Positions 41,641-55,499 of a stretch of DNA of 64,000 nt are shown piece by piece. The DNA is from Camelus dromedarius (Eukaryota). Numbering within the stretch: position 1 is the first letter of the stretch; every line of letters begins with the position of its first letter. The stretch spans positions 64,668,001-64,732,000 of the forward strand of contig NC_087436.1 of the NCBI RefSeq assembly GCF_036321535.1, written 5' to 3'. The position numbers and the translations under genes were made by a program. The notes below the pieces were generated by a model, which was given only the letters and a program-made list of their open reading frames with translations, did no database searches and was not told the origin of the DNA.

Positions 41641-42598
41641 TTCTTTACATTTTCATCACTCTGGAGAGTGAGATTTTTTTTATCAGTAGTTCTCTTTGTT
41701 CAAAATGCATCACAATTGGGCCTTTCTAAGAGCTTTATTTGTGTATGCATAGTAAGGGAAACTATTGCCTCTGGCAAGAGGTAAGAAAAAAGGAAACAGT
41801 TTTCTCTTCCTTTTTGGTCCTATCACAATTCAATGAGCAGCAGCAATGTTGGTTAAAAAAAAAAACAAAAACCAAAAAACAGAAAAACCCAAAATATTCC
41901 CCAAATTATCTTTACTGATTTAGCAGTGGGATCTTATTTTATCAAAATGATGCCAAATAAATGAGTAAATACAGTTGAAAATGAACAGGTGCTGTATGTT
42001 TGCTCCTATTACTACAAAAGAATATTCAAATTTTTTTTGCAGCGCGCTGTCAGAAGGAATTTTAAAGTAGTCAAGTTGATTATTTTCAAAGGGCTATAAT
42101 GTTCAGTTTTAACTCAGGTCAATCATCTGCAAGTTAAAATTACTTAGAAACGTACTGTCCATAATTAAGTAATCTTACCTACTAATATTATAGAATAAGG
42201 AGACCTTTAGGTGACATGAAATCTGTCATGTTAAGTGTGCCCCTAAGCCTTTTCCAGATTGCTCATAAGATTTCTCATTCTCTAGAGAAATGTGATCTCT
42301 AAGAAATAAATGTCTCTGTCAAGTCACAAGTAATATGAGCACATGATGAAAAAATGGAATTTTTTTCCGTCTCATAAGGGATATTGCAGTATTGTAAAAT
42401 TGATTTTATTCCTTGTTATTTAAGTTCTCATGGTCATTTTAAGATTTACCTTCTGCATATAAAGTGAAGGTTATGATGCTTTTTAGGGAGGTGGGGAACA
42501 GAGGCCTTTGGGGACCAGGAGAATATTTTTCATATGAAATTCTTTGTCATAAAATGCTAATGTTGGTGTTCTTGTCTTTATGTCTATGCATTCTTTAG

Positions 42599-42625
42599 CT
42601 ATGAGGATAACAGACCCTTCATCAA
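42599..42625 (+). CDS. ADGRL3: ADGRL3 27-nt cassette microexon in ICL3 (N-YEDNRPFI-K)
   Basis: Acceptor tatgcattctttag|, donor caa|gtaaga, branch-like tgctaat at 42555; phase 2-2; gives LDNINYEDNRPFIKSW as recalled for human ADGRL3. Confidence 0.92.
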
Positions 42626-45177
42626 GTAAGAATGACCTGAATGGCTGATAAATTCCATTTATCAGTGTGGTCCCATGAACCAGCTGTCAGATCAGTATTG
42701 AAAAATCATTAGAGCTTCTGTCATTCACATTGAGGCAGAAGAGCAAACTGTGCAGGAAAATGATCAGGCATACAACTTTTATGCAGAATAAATATGCTGC
42801 AGGTGTATTGCCAGAAAAAAATTCTGCTTCACCACTTTTAATTGGATATCACCTGAATTCAGTGCCACAGTAATAGCAACTTCATGTGGTACAGACTTGT
42901 TTCGCTTTTAGTAGCTTTCTCCTTTCATTGTGATGTGTTCCTCTGTGCAGCATATGTCCTCGTTACTGTTGTTTGTTTGGGCATCATTCATCTAAAATTA
43001 TTTTGTGATTTAGTGCTATAGCTTCAAAATGATCTTATGGGATGCAACTACCCAGTTGCAATTGGTATTAATGAATTTCTACATTAAATATCCAAAAAGG
43101 AGAAAAACACCTTCAAAAGTTAAATTTTACATATACAAAATTATCTCTTTCAAATTTGACATATGTCACTTGATTCCTGATCTAACTGTTTATGAACGTA
43201 CCTTTTAAATTTCTGAAACAAAGCTGCAAGTCTGTACTAATCTAATAAGAATAAACACAAATGTTAATATTTGGGCTCTTTTCTTTTGTACATTTTTAAA
43301 TTACATGTCCTGCAACAAAACTTAAGATTGGCAACCGATGGGTGACCTTGCTATAGACTTTCAGTTTGTTCTTCTGGTGAAGAGTCCTTTGTTTTCATTT
43401 TCTCCAATACCATTTCACTTACTTCTTCATGCTCTTGCTTATTTTTTTCTTTAGGAATTGGGCTCATTGCTGTTTTATATCATTAACGTGGGCCCATCAT
43501 GTCTTTTTTAGTGAATAATAACTGACTTGAGTATTTTATCCTATCATTTTATTTCTAAAACTGAATAACAATTTTGCCTTTATTTAATGGTGATTCTTCC
43601 CATTTTTCCTTTTTCCAATATCTGTAAGAAGCTGAGAGCATTATCTTGAAAGTTCTCATATTTCTGAATCTGCTTGTAGAATAAAATAGTAACATCCAAG
43701 ATGTTTTCTAATTCATATAAGCAAACATGCCACACACAATAGCAAGCTTCCTTTAGGCGTTCTTTACTTAAGAATATTAATGTTTTAAATCAAACATGTT
43801 AAACTTAGCGGATATTTGCATCTGAAATACAGGGACTGATGGTTGTAGAAAAAAAACAGTAAATATTTGAGATTAATTTTAACAAGACGTTAATAATATT
43901 TGACTACTTCAGGACATATTTTTCTTAAGAGGTAACTTTCTCTGAAAAATTTATTAAACCCAGCTTCAAATTATATTAAACATACGTGATTTTTTTCCCT
44001 CTTCATTTTGCCAAGTTTCAATCCCCATAAATATTTCTTCCTTAGACAATTTAAGTGGAGGATATTAGTCTGCTGGAAAAAAAGTATTAGTTTACCCTGT
44101 TCAGATAAGATGTGCTGGGAAAGGAAAGGGTGGGTTCATTAGTGTGTAGGATCCATGCTGGCGTGGGATTATTCTCCTATATACTTAGAGAGGAGTCGAG
44201 AAGATTCCATTTTCAATTATTAGATTTCTATCGATTGAAAAGATTCATTTTATGTTGATGGTAAATACATAACACTTAACCACAAATATATGGGTGTCTC
44301 ACCCACTAATTACTATTGTGAATGGCAGCTTGGAGGAAACTAAGGGAATGGAGTGAGAGTGAGAATTTGTCTTGCATTCTGGGCTCCTTTTTCATACCTC
44401 TCCATCCCCATTCTCAGCTTCATTTTCTCCCTTGAGTTTATAGACACTGCAGAGACATGAAGGTGCCCTGAGCCTATTTTTCAACAAAGCTGCCAACTGC
44501 CTGGTTTCCAAAGCCTAGTCCAGCATAACTCAGAAGACAGCAATCTAAAGGCTGAAAGAGAGTAGATGGTGATCTTGAGGGGAAAAAACTTTTTTTCCCA
44601 CCCACTGTATCTCACACTTGTTCTATACTTAACTACAGAATCAGAAAAATAGAACTTTAAAAATTCATACGTGTATTCAATACACTGGTTCCTTCTGTTT
44701 TCGTCAGTAAACACTAAATATTTTATGGAAAAGAGGAAATTTGGGAAAATGGGGTAAAAGTGTATCAGATGAAGCAGTAATGAAAAGAATCCCATCAAAC
44801 AAATGTTACCATACCAATGAGACCAGTGGAGACTAACATCGCTTTATAGACTTTTCTCCCTCGCCATTCACCATAATTACATCTCCATATCATTTGCATA
44901 TGTGCTGCAAATATATGAATAATTTAATAGTTCAAATCTGCTTTTGCTTAAATGAATTTCTGTGTTCGTATCATTTTCATTCATATATATCTCCTCAAGC
45001 TTGAACACTTGTAAGTTCCCATTAAAATCTTCAAGTACTTAAACCACCTGTGTTACATTTTCTGTCAGTAAAACTTACTGTAACATTTTTTTCAGTGTCA
45101 GTACTGTTGATAAGATATGACTGTGTTAATTAAAGATGAATTATTTGATAACCCTTAACTTTCTCTTCTCTCTGCAG

Positions 45178-45346
45178 GTCATGGGTTATAGGTGCAATAG
45201 CTCTTCTCTGCCTGTTAGGATTGACCTGGGCCTTTGGACTCATGTATATTAATGAAAGCACAGTCATCATGGCGTATCTCTTCACCATTTTCAATTCTCT
45301 ACAGGGAATGTTTATATTCATTTTCCATTGTGTTCTACAAAAGAAG
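45178..45346 (+). CDS. ADGRL3: ADGRL3 coding exon: TM6, ECL3, TM7 ([57 protein letters not shown])
   Basis: Acceptor ctcttctctctgcag|, donor aag|gtaagc; 169 nt, phase 2-0; LLGLTW and NSLQG family motifs. Confidence 0.97.
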
Positions 45347-46134
45347 GTAAGCTAGGATTCTCTATTCAAGAGTAAATGGCATATTCTATGATAGCAAAGC
45401 ATTCATAACATAACTCATTATTGATGTGTTTGTCTCTAAGAAATAAATAACATTAGTTCATTGATTTTATTTTTATAATGTAAAAACAAACAGACATAAA
45501 ATGCAAGCATGAAAGTTGGTGAATGTGTTTAACAGCAAAAACAGAATCAAAGTATTTTCTGATTTGGACAATACATGAAAATTATGTTCTTGCAGACTTG
45601 ACCTTATAGTCTTTAATATTTTTATTAGTAACACATGGAATTTGTATATTAAGAAATAGCTTTTTTAAGATATTAAGGAGGCATAGGATATATGTGTGTG
45701 TATATATATATATGTACATATACCGCATGGTATAGGAAATGTATATTTTGTATTTTATTAAAAACTAGGTTGTATATAAATATCTATACATTTCACAATA
45801 AAAAAAAATTTTTTTTAATTAATGGTGGGAGTGCTTAGTAAAGGACTCTGTACTTCCTTTCTTTAAAAGCATCTTTTATAAAACCTATGATTTTGATGAT
45901 TAGAAAGCAATATTTTTTATATTTTTTATTTATATTATATTTACATTTTTATATGGTCTATTTTTGTGATTTTTCTATATCTACAAGGACCTAAAATATT
46001 CATTTTCAAAGTTAATTTTAGCAACCGAACACTTCGTGTTTTTTAAAACTCAAGATTGATTTTCTCATCTGATACATTTAACTCTGTTAAAAATATGGTC
46101 TTTATAGTTATGTTCACATAGATCCCTCAACCAA

Positions 46135-46290
46135 GACTGGGTCTGAATCCTCCTTCCTCTACTTAAAGGCTTGTGTGACTTTGGGCCATTTAATTAACCT
46201 TTATATGCCCCAGTTTCCTCATGTGTGAAATGGATGTAATAAAAATAATTATGCAATATTGAGAGGTGGCTCTGAAAATGAAATGGTAAA
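46135..46290 (+). mobile_element. MIR SINE
   Basis: ctgggtctgaatcc...tgtgtgactttgggccatttaattaacctttatatgccccagtttcctcatgtgtgaaatgg. Confidence 0.7.
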
Positions 46291-46659
46291 ATGTGAATTT
46301 GTTTCTTTCTAAGAAAGGGACTTGAAATTTTTCTTTGGAAAACAAAATAAAGAGTAAAAATATCTATCTGTATGATTTTTGGCTTGAGAGACTAATAGAC
46401 CAAAAATAAAAATTTAGAAAGGTATCCATTTTTCAAGATGAGTCCAGTTTTATACTGTTTCAATTTTATGTGGTGGTAGGTATTAAAAATATATTGACAT
46501 GATCTTAAATACAAGCTACAATGGTAATGATGACTCAGACCTATAAATGTAGGTTACAGAAAAGAAAAGAGATTATGATGTTGGAGAGGAGGGATTCTAA
46601 TCTGATGGATTAGAATTAACTTTAGAAAAGAGCTTATGTTGGAATGGGTGATTCTTCCT

Positions 46660-47020
46660 TAGTATACATATGCGCTAAATTTCAGTTTTTAACCCAATAA
46701 ACGTTTATCTTTTTTACTCATGGCCCAGTTGATAAGGGTGCCTCATGGAGGGACACAGGCTGATGAAGACTCAACCAGCCTCACTATATGACTTCCACAG
46801 TCACTTAGGGTGTTGATATCCAGCAGACAGTCTGAGAAAGAAAGGATCCTGTATAAAAGGTCTGGAAGTGGCTCACATCACTTCTACTCACCCTCCATCA
46901 CCTAGGACACTATCAGTGGTACCACCTAAACTGCGAGGAAGACTGGGAAACATAGTCTACCTTTTTGACCCCAGGAAGATGAGGAATTGGGTATTACAAA
47001 CAGCTAGCAGTCTACCATAC
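46660..47020 (-). mobile_element. MLT1 (MaLR) LTR fragment
   Basis: cacaggctgatgaag...ggtctggaagtggctcacatcacttctactcac...cacctaaactgcgaggaagactgggaaacatagtcta. Confidence 0.55.
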
Positions 47021-47750
47021 TTGATGAGTGTTAAGAGTAGGAGACATGTGAATGATGAGAAAGAGTTAGAAATGGAAGGAAGGCGGTATCTGAGGAGAAG
47101 GATGAGAATCAAGATAATACACTGAGTTAAAGATAGGAGAAAATGTCCAGAAGTAGACAGTGGTCAGTATTATGAAACACTTCAGAGAAGTCAGAGAGAC
47201 TAAGCGCTTGGAAAGATTTCTAGATTTTTGTAGAAGAAACCTGTAACTGATTGTCAGAGAAATACATGGAACGATGGGAGAAAAATCAGGAGATTAAGGA
47301 AAAGGTAGCATTTGTCCATGTAAATAAGGGAATATTGGGCCATCATGGTTATAACTTATTCAAATATAGTGAACCAGATTTACCAAGTATCTTTATTTTA
47401 TATATTAACTGGAAATTGGACTAAGAAGTTTTAAGTTTTTAGAGTGAATATCGAAATTTTCTACAGGGCAGAAAAGATTTTTTGTATTTTATGCATGAAT
47501 TACTTTGGTTGTGATTATTTTTTATTAGCCAATTTCTAATAGAGTTTTCCCAATTATTATTTTTATTTTTATTAGTCTTACAAATACACATCACTGGTAT
47601 AACTAGGAATTGCATTTGATATCCAGGCAGAAATACTGAACGTCAGTATCTAAAAACAAGTCTAGAGTTTTTGGTATATTGAACATATTTAACAGAAGTG
47701 AAAATCTTTAAAATATATGTCATCAAGCTCAATTTTGTGATTCATTAGAA

Positions 47751-47962
47751 CAGAGTTCAACAAATTCCAGCTTGTGGGCCACATTTGTCCATCTGCCTTT
47801 AATTTTTACAGTCAGTCAGCCAAGAATGGTTTTTACATTTTTAAATGGGTACATTTAAAATTCAAAATAAGTACAGTCACAGCATCCTTGGTTTTTCCTC
47901 TTGATTCACAAAGCCTAAATATTGACTGCCTGGCCCTTCATGAAAAAGAGTGCCAAGCCTTG
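47751..47962. mobile_element. MER58-like (hAT-Charlie) MITE
   Basis: cagagttcaacaaatt...tgtgggccacatttg...aagaatggtttttacatttttaaatgg...ctggcccttcatgaaaaagagtgccaagccttg; 8-bp flanks cattagaa/atttagaa. Confidence 0.7.
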
Positions 47963-48184
47963 ATTTAGAAGCTTACTTTTATGATTTATAGTAACTGGTA
48001 GTAAGTGTATTATGCTTTCATCCATTCTGTATTTTGAATTTTTTTTATTTTGGTGACATTTTTATTGGATCAAGGCCCAAAATCAGAGAATATGGAGGAC
48101 ATGAAATTATTATTCACTTCTTTTTTCTATAAAAAAGTGAAAATATTTCTCTTTGAATCTGCAGAAACTTTCTTAGGAGATTTT

Positions 48185-49915
48185 ATTTCATTTTTTAATT
48201 GAGCTATAATTGAGATATAGTATTGTGTAAGTTTAAGGTGTACAATGTATTGATTTGATACATTAATATATTGTGAAATCATTACCACCATAGTATTATC
48301 TAATACCTCTATCATCTAACATAATTACGTTTTCCTTTTTTTGTGGTGAGAATATTTACAATCTCTCTTAGCAACTTTCAAGTATATAATACAGTATTGT
48401 TACTGAAAATCACCTTATACATTAGATTCCTAGAACTTATTCATCTTATGGCTAATAGTTTGTACCCTTGGACCAACATCTCCCCATTTCCCCCACCCTC
48501 CAACCTCTGGTAGCCAATCTAATCTGTTTCTATGAGTTTGCCTGTTTTAGATTTGATATGTAAGTGATCCCATACAACATTCATCTTTCTCTGACTTACT
48601 TCACTAAGCATAATGCCCTCAAGGTCCTTCCAGTGTTGTTGCAAATGGCAGAATTTCCTTCTCCTTTATGACTGAATAATATTCCATTGTATATAGGTGC
48701 TATATTTTCTTCATCCATTCATTCATTGGTGGTAACTAAGATTGTTTCCATATCTTGGCTATTGTGACTAACACTGCAGTGAACATGGGAGTGCAGAAGT
48801 CTCTTTGAGATCCTGATTTCATTTCCTTTGGTTATAGACCCCGGTGTGGGATTGCTGGATCATATATTGTAGTTCTATTTTTAATTTTTTGAGGAACCTC
48901 CATACTGTTTTTCATAGTGGCTGCACAAATTTACATACCCACCAGCAGTGCACAAAGACTCTCTTTTCTCTATATCCTCACCAATACTTTTTATCTCTTG
49001 TCTTCTTGATGATAGCCATTCTCACACATGTGAAGTGATATCTCATTGTTACTTTGATTTCTATTTTTCTAATTAGTTATGTTGAGCATCTTTTCATGTT
49101 AAACATTTGTATGTCTTCTTAGGAAAAAAAATGCCCATTCATTTCTTTTGTCCATTTTTAAATTGGATTGTTCTCTTTTTTGCTTTTGAGTTGTATAAGT
49201 ACTCTATATTTTTTAATGTTAAACCCTTATTAGATTTACAATTTACAAATATTTTATTTAATTCTTAGATTGCCATTTTATTTTGTTGTTTCTCTTGCTG
49301 TGCAGAAGCTTTAGTTTGATGTAGTGCAATTTATTACTTTTGCTTTGTTGCTTGTGTTTTTGATGTCATATCCAAAAAATTATCACCAAGACCAATGTCC
49401 AGGAGCTTTTCCCCTATGTTTTCTTCTAGGAGTTTCATGGTTTCAGGTCTTACATTTAAGTCTTTAATAGATTTTGAGTTAAATGTTGTGGGTGGTAGGG
49501 GTTCAATTTCATTCTTCTGCATGTGGTTATCCAGTTTCCCTAACACCATTTATAGAAGAGAATGCCTTTTTCCCATTAATTATTCATGACCCCCTTGTCA
49601 GATATTAGTTGACTGTTTATGCAAGGGTTTATTTCTTGACTCTTGAGCTGTTCCTTTATCTATGTGTTTATAATGTACCATACTGTTTTGATTACTATAG
49701 CTTTGTAGTATAGAGTGAAGTCAGAAAATGTGCTGTCTCCAGCTTTGTTCTTGCTCAGGGTTGCTCTGGCTATTTGGGGTCTTTGGTAGTTCTGTAGAAA
49801 TTTTAGGATTGTTTTTTCTATATCTGTGAAAAATATCATTGGAATTTTTATAGAGATGCATTGAATCTATAGACAGCATTGGGTCATATGGACATTTTAA
49901 CAATTTTACTTCTTG
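48185..49915 (-). mobile_element. 5'-truncated L1 (L1MA-like), ORF2 C-terminus plus 3'UTR
   Basis: ORF 49334..49549(-) contains SIKDLNVRPETMKLLEENIGEKLLDIGLGDNFLDMTSK (L1 ORF2); flanks taggagatttt (48174-48184) and taggaggtttt (49916-49926). Confidence 0.9.
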
Positions 49916-52900
49916 TAGGAGGTTTTTCTAAAGCCATCTGATTGAATTTCAATAATATACTCATTTTAAAGTAGTTGCTCCTATGATTAGAGAATTATGA
50001 AGTATTTTATTTTTGAGATATTTTGTTTTATTAGATTATTTGTTGATCAACTCAACTCATTAACAAAAATCAAACTTTGAGTTGTCACTCCTTTTTGAAA
50101 TGTGGATTGCATGATTGTGTCACCAGTGTCTCCACTGGTGACATTAAAATTGTTACTTTTTCTTTTGTTATGCACTCAATTATGTGATATATCTCAGAGG
50201 GTTTCATAATTATTTTATTTCTGATCAGAGAGTATAAAACAAATATTCTATTGGTCAGGTGTATTTTCTTTCCTATCTTTATATATTCTAGGACAACCTC
50301 ACATTAAAATAGTAAGATGCAGTATTTGATTGGGGTAAGATGGAGTATCATGTGAAATATTGGATTGCAATAGACAAATGATTGAGCAGTCAAATAGCTT
50401 TTATTGTAATCTAAAGAGAAATATCTCGTGGACATTGTCCATGTTATTTTGTTCTCTTCTTTTTAAAATACATGCTTACCATTTCAAATCATAGAAAAAT
50501 AAAATCAGTAATGATTCAGTAAATAATCTAGCTAAATGTGGGACTTGGCTTCACCAGATATCTAGATTTACTGACTGTTTATATAATCAGTTCAGAACAT
50601 TTAACTGCTGTTCATAAATGTAAATAGTCCATGATGAATTCCTGTGGATTATACACTATTGCTGCCTTTGTAAGTAACAGGAAGGCGGGTGGGTCTCTTT
50701 CTCTCCTCTCTTTCTGTCTCTCTCCCCCCCAAAATATATGTTTAGATTATTAGACCATTAGATCATTTCATTAGAAACCACGTTCTCTTCTAAGAAGAAA
50801 AATATCTCTTGCTGAGTATATTAGGAAAAAAGAAAGTGGGATGTAGGTTATGATCAAAGTTTAGGTTCTTGGAGAGGCATCATAAATTCAGTACAAGTTG
50901 TAATTGATAGTACTTATTTTCAGGTGGAGATTATTTTAAGCTTCTTCAAGTTCTAATTAAATGTTTGTCCTTATTTTTTCCAGAGACAAAGAGGGAGATC
51001 ATCTCTTACTTTAATAATAATATTAATAAAATATAATGCCTTATGTTGGTCTTATGTAAATACTGGAAATGTGGCATTTTAGTAAGACTTTTCTGACCAT
51101 ACAGCATCTATGAGATTTGGATTTTTTCACATAAGGCACATCACTTAACCTTTTCAGTCTTTCAGTTCACTTTCATTACTTAATCTATTCAGTGTTCTTA
51201 CCTATAAAACGAAGGTAATAATTATTTCCCAGAATCATTTAGAGGGAGGGGCCTAGCACAGTTCTTAGCAAATAGTGGTTTAAAAGCAGATGCTTCTTCA
51301 TCTCACCCTCCCAAACTCACGTATCTTGGACACACACACAAGTTAACACGGACTTATTTCTTTTAAAAAATAAATAAAATATGAATTAGTAAACAGTGGA
51401 TAAAAATAATTATTTCTAATTATTGATAAATGTAGCATAGAAGAGACTGATTGGAAAACACATTAATATAATTAAAATATATTTAAGAATATGTAATTTG
51501 GGCATTACCAATCAGAGAAAGGCCTCAAAGATTAGCACATCATGCCTCTCTGTTTTACTCATGCTGAATGCCTCTTTTTTCTTGTTTGTCCACTCTTTCA
51601 ACTTCATCGTCTAAACTGACAAATTCCAACCTATCTTTTGAAGATTCCCTCAGAAGTCCTCTTCTCTGAGCCGCCTTCCTTGGCCCCCTACCTACTTCCA
51701 GTAGGCACTCCTCCTCCATGCTTTGATTCACCTGACTCTGTCTTTGTTCCTACCACATTATGTGCATTCAGTGAATGTGAGTTCTCCAGACAAATCTGAA
51801 TATAGTTAATCTCTGATTTTGCTATATCTACAATAGAATGAACTTAATATGTTAAGATGTAATGTTTAATTTTAAATACTAATTTTAATGTAGCATTCAT
51901 GCTTTTTTTTGCTTTTGACTCTAAATAGAGATTTCTCAAAAAAGCATATTTCTATAACTTTGTTTTAAATAGTATTACATTGTCACAATATATGGAAATA
52001 TGAACTTAGGTGAAAGCAATAAAGAGCTAAGAATAACATATATATAGTCTTATTTCATAATTAATGTAAAATTTTGAATGTAAAACCAGTAAGTTGTCCT
52101 AGAATGTGTTTTTAGTTGATGAACATGTAATCAGTGATTATTTTTCTTGATGTTGATAGTGAAGGTGTGCTTTAGGGCAGTTACTTGTTTATTTCTATTA
52201 TGTATTATTTGCCTAAATAGGCAGTAGTCAAAATTTTAAACATTATCCATGTTTTTTACTACAACCAGGATTAAGAATTTAATCACAGTGCTATAAAGAA
52301 AAGCAATCACATTTCTCTGTGGTTATTGACTAGAACTATTTTGAGGGAATAAATTTTAAATATTTTGAATTTTATATTCCCAAGTTGCAAATTTGACCTC
52401 CTTTAAGAGAAATGAATGTCTAAGAAATAGAAATTTAAAAGAAATGCTTGGCCGAACATGTTCTTTTTGCTCTGTTCTGTCTTAAAATTCTGTCTCCTTC
52501 TTCCTTTCCCTCTTGTTTCTTCATCACTCTCCTCTCTAACTTTCTCACTATATTTCTGCATAAAGAACAGCTGTACCCAATAGGTGACTTCATATCAAAT
52601 CTACGAAGCTAAAAATAGTGTCTTGAAGAGTCTTAAGTTTTTTTTTTTTTCAACTAAGAGATTGTATCATTATGGTGTGATTGGACACGTATGTGTGCAC
52701 ATGTTTTGAAAGCCTCCAATTATGCAAAATTTCAATCTTGACAGGATGAATATTGTCTTATAAAATATACGTAAAATGTATGCTGAAAACAGTTTCTTGT
52801 AACTGTAGGGCAAAAAATTATTGTATTAATTATCTAAAAATAAAACTCACATAGATTTTATACCACATTTTCTAGCTGAAATGATTTACTTGCTAACAGA

Positions 52901-52919
52901 AGTTAATATTTTTGACTAG

Positions 52920-53045
52920 GTACGAAAAGAATATGGAAAATGCCTGCGAACACATTGTTGTAGTGGCAAAAGTACAGAGAGTTCCATTGGCTCAGGGAAA
53001 ACATCTGGTTCTCGAACTCCTGGGCGCTACTCCACGGGCTCACAG
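52920..53045 (+). CDS. ADGRL3: ADGRL3 coding exon: helix 8 and proximal C-tail (VRKEYGKCLRTHCCSGKSTESSIGSGKTSGSRTPGRYSTGSQ)
   Basis: Branch tgctaac at 52891, acceptor tttttgactag|, donor cag|gtaaac; 126 nt, phase 0-0. Confidence 0.96.
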
Positions 53046-54954
53046 GTAAACAATGTTTGTTCATTAAAATGAAATGTCTCTAAAAAAAAATAAAGTCTGT
53101 TACCTATATTATGTTATGAGTTTCTGTCCTTTCTTGATCAGATCTATTTTCTATCCCATGTTTAACAAATTTACTCTTTTTGTTTCAGTGTGTCTCAAAT
53201 GAGAATGGTCATGACACGAAATTTAAGAAACCAAAATTGCAAAAAATTTGTGAAATGTATAGTCTAAGTTTGCATAATAATTAATAATTTCAGAATGTTC
53301 CTAGTCAACTGAGTATAGAAGATGAGGAAAGGAATTTGGCATTTCACCCAAAGTTCGAAGGAAGTAACATTTTATATGTATGATTCTTGAGTTAATTTTT
53401 TCTTTTAACTAGCATAGCAATTCTTTATCACACACTGAAAATCCTTACTGATTAAATGATATGTTTAGTAAAATAACAGTTATAACTGGTACCATATTGT
53501 ATGCTGGTAAGTTGAAGAACAAGTCAGGGCAATGAGAATCCCATAACAGCATCATTGATTTAACTGGTCTAAGTGCTACTCCCATCAGTCCTACAATAGA
53601 TTTAGCAGCTGCATCATCCCTTACCAGGGAAATTTGAAACTTTGAGGGAACTTGTCTGCCATTTATCCCAGGCCACAGTGTCAGTTCAAATACTATTATG
53701 TAGAAATTTCAGCAAATCTAGGATGCTAAAATAAGCCAGGTAAATAAAAGACATAAGATTATGTGTTATGCATGAGTTTGAGTTCAGACTAGCATTTTTA
53801 AGACTGCATGGTTTGGTGGGAAAAACAGTCATTTTTTTTTCTGTTGCTAACTGAAATTTTCTGAAGGAGACCTTAACTTCATAAATAAAATTATAATCAA
53901 GAACTTAGTTTTTTTAAAACTCTTTTAGCTCCACCTATAAATCTATTTTTTATTTTGATAATTTTATATATAAAATAAAAAAGATGACTTCATTTGTTCT
54001 TTAATTAATTCCTAATTGGCTTGTAAATTTAATAGATAAAATTCTCCTAAACAGTTCCACCATTCATATCCATAGAAAATTAAATATCCTTGTAACTTTC
54101 ACATATTACTTACAAATCTAACATATCTGATTCATTCAAACATATCCACTGTCAGACTGGACAGTTGTACACATCTAACTAGCACTTGAAAAACCTATAA
54201 ATCAAAAATAGTGAACAATGTTCTCATAAACAAACACTTTCCTCAAACTAAAGGAATTCTCTTTTAAAATCTTACAAATAAAATTGCATATCTAATGTCA
54301 ATCTAATAATTCCAACTGAAAATTTTAAATCTAATATATAACTGTCAAACTTATCAGACTATCTTAACACGTAAGCTAATAACCACGAAATATAATGATC
54401 ATGAAACTTATTCCTACCCATAATTTACAATCACTAATAATTTGTATTTGTTTTAGTATTTCTATACCTTACTGAGGTTGCACAGTTGCAAATTGGGGGA
54501 AGGAGTGTACCAGCTTAGGTGCACTGAGATTTCTGAATTTCAGACTACCAAATTTGCCAGTTCGGAATCTGACGTCTCACATAAGGTAGGGGGCGCACCT
54601 GAATGATGCTTCCAGCATGAGTTCCTTATAATCCACTCCTTAATTTTCAACCTGATGATTCTTATCTCTCTTCTTGTCTCTCTTTTTTGTAACAGTCTTT
54701 TCCACAACTTTTAAACTGAAATTTCCGAGATTCTGTATGTCATTTAACTTGATTAGTTTCTGCATGCTTTTCATAAAACTGAGCTTATCAACCATCATCC
54801 TGTAGTCATTTTATTGACATATGCCCTTGATGAACAATAATATTTTGGAGTTTCATTTATTATGTTAGAACAGAGTTTTGCAATGTTTAGCATTACTTCT
54901 AAACTACAAGATAGGACAGTGCAGCTTAATAAAATAATCATAAATTTAATGGGT

Positions 54955-55140
54955 AGATAGACCTTGGATTGAATTCTAGCCTTGCCATATACCAGCTGTG
55001 ACACAAGTTACTAAACCTCACTCTCCCTCGGTTTTTTCATGTGTAAAGTGGTGGTAGTAATACTGACTTCTTACGTTGTTAGGAAGACTGAACTAATGTA
55101 TACAAAACAAAACAAATTGTAAATGCTCAACAAATTGGAG
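54955..55140 (+). mobile_element. MIR SINE
   Basis: ttgaattctagccttgccatataccagctgtgacacaagttactaaacctc...ctcggttttttcatgtgtaaagtgg...aaatgctcaacaaat. Confidence 0.65.
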
Positions 55141-55499
55141 CAGCTACCACTTACTAGTGTCATTATTACAGAAACTATTTCAGGTATATATTTTAAAGCT
55201 GTGTCATTTTTTCACTTTTATAGTTATAACACCATAATTCTAATGTTGGGGGAAAAAACTTACATTGTTTCTTTATGCTCATTATAATACTAATTCTGAT
55301 TAACTATGACAATCCAACCTATATAAAGTAATCGTTACTTAAATTCAGTCTGTTTAGGTAAAAATAATAAATATTTCATATTAGCTGTGAACTTCCATGA
55401 ACAAAGTCTAGAATACTCACTGATATTAAGGTAAAATTCTGGGAGTATAGATGCCTTTTTCACATCAGAGAACTTCTAAAATAACAATCCTGAAATTTT

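Noticed and set aside
48844..49903. ORFs with reverse-transcriptase-element-like sequence
   Set aside because: Broken fragments of a 5'-truncated L1, not a functional gene
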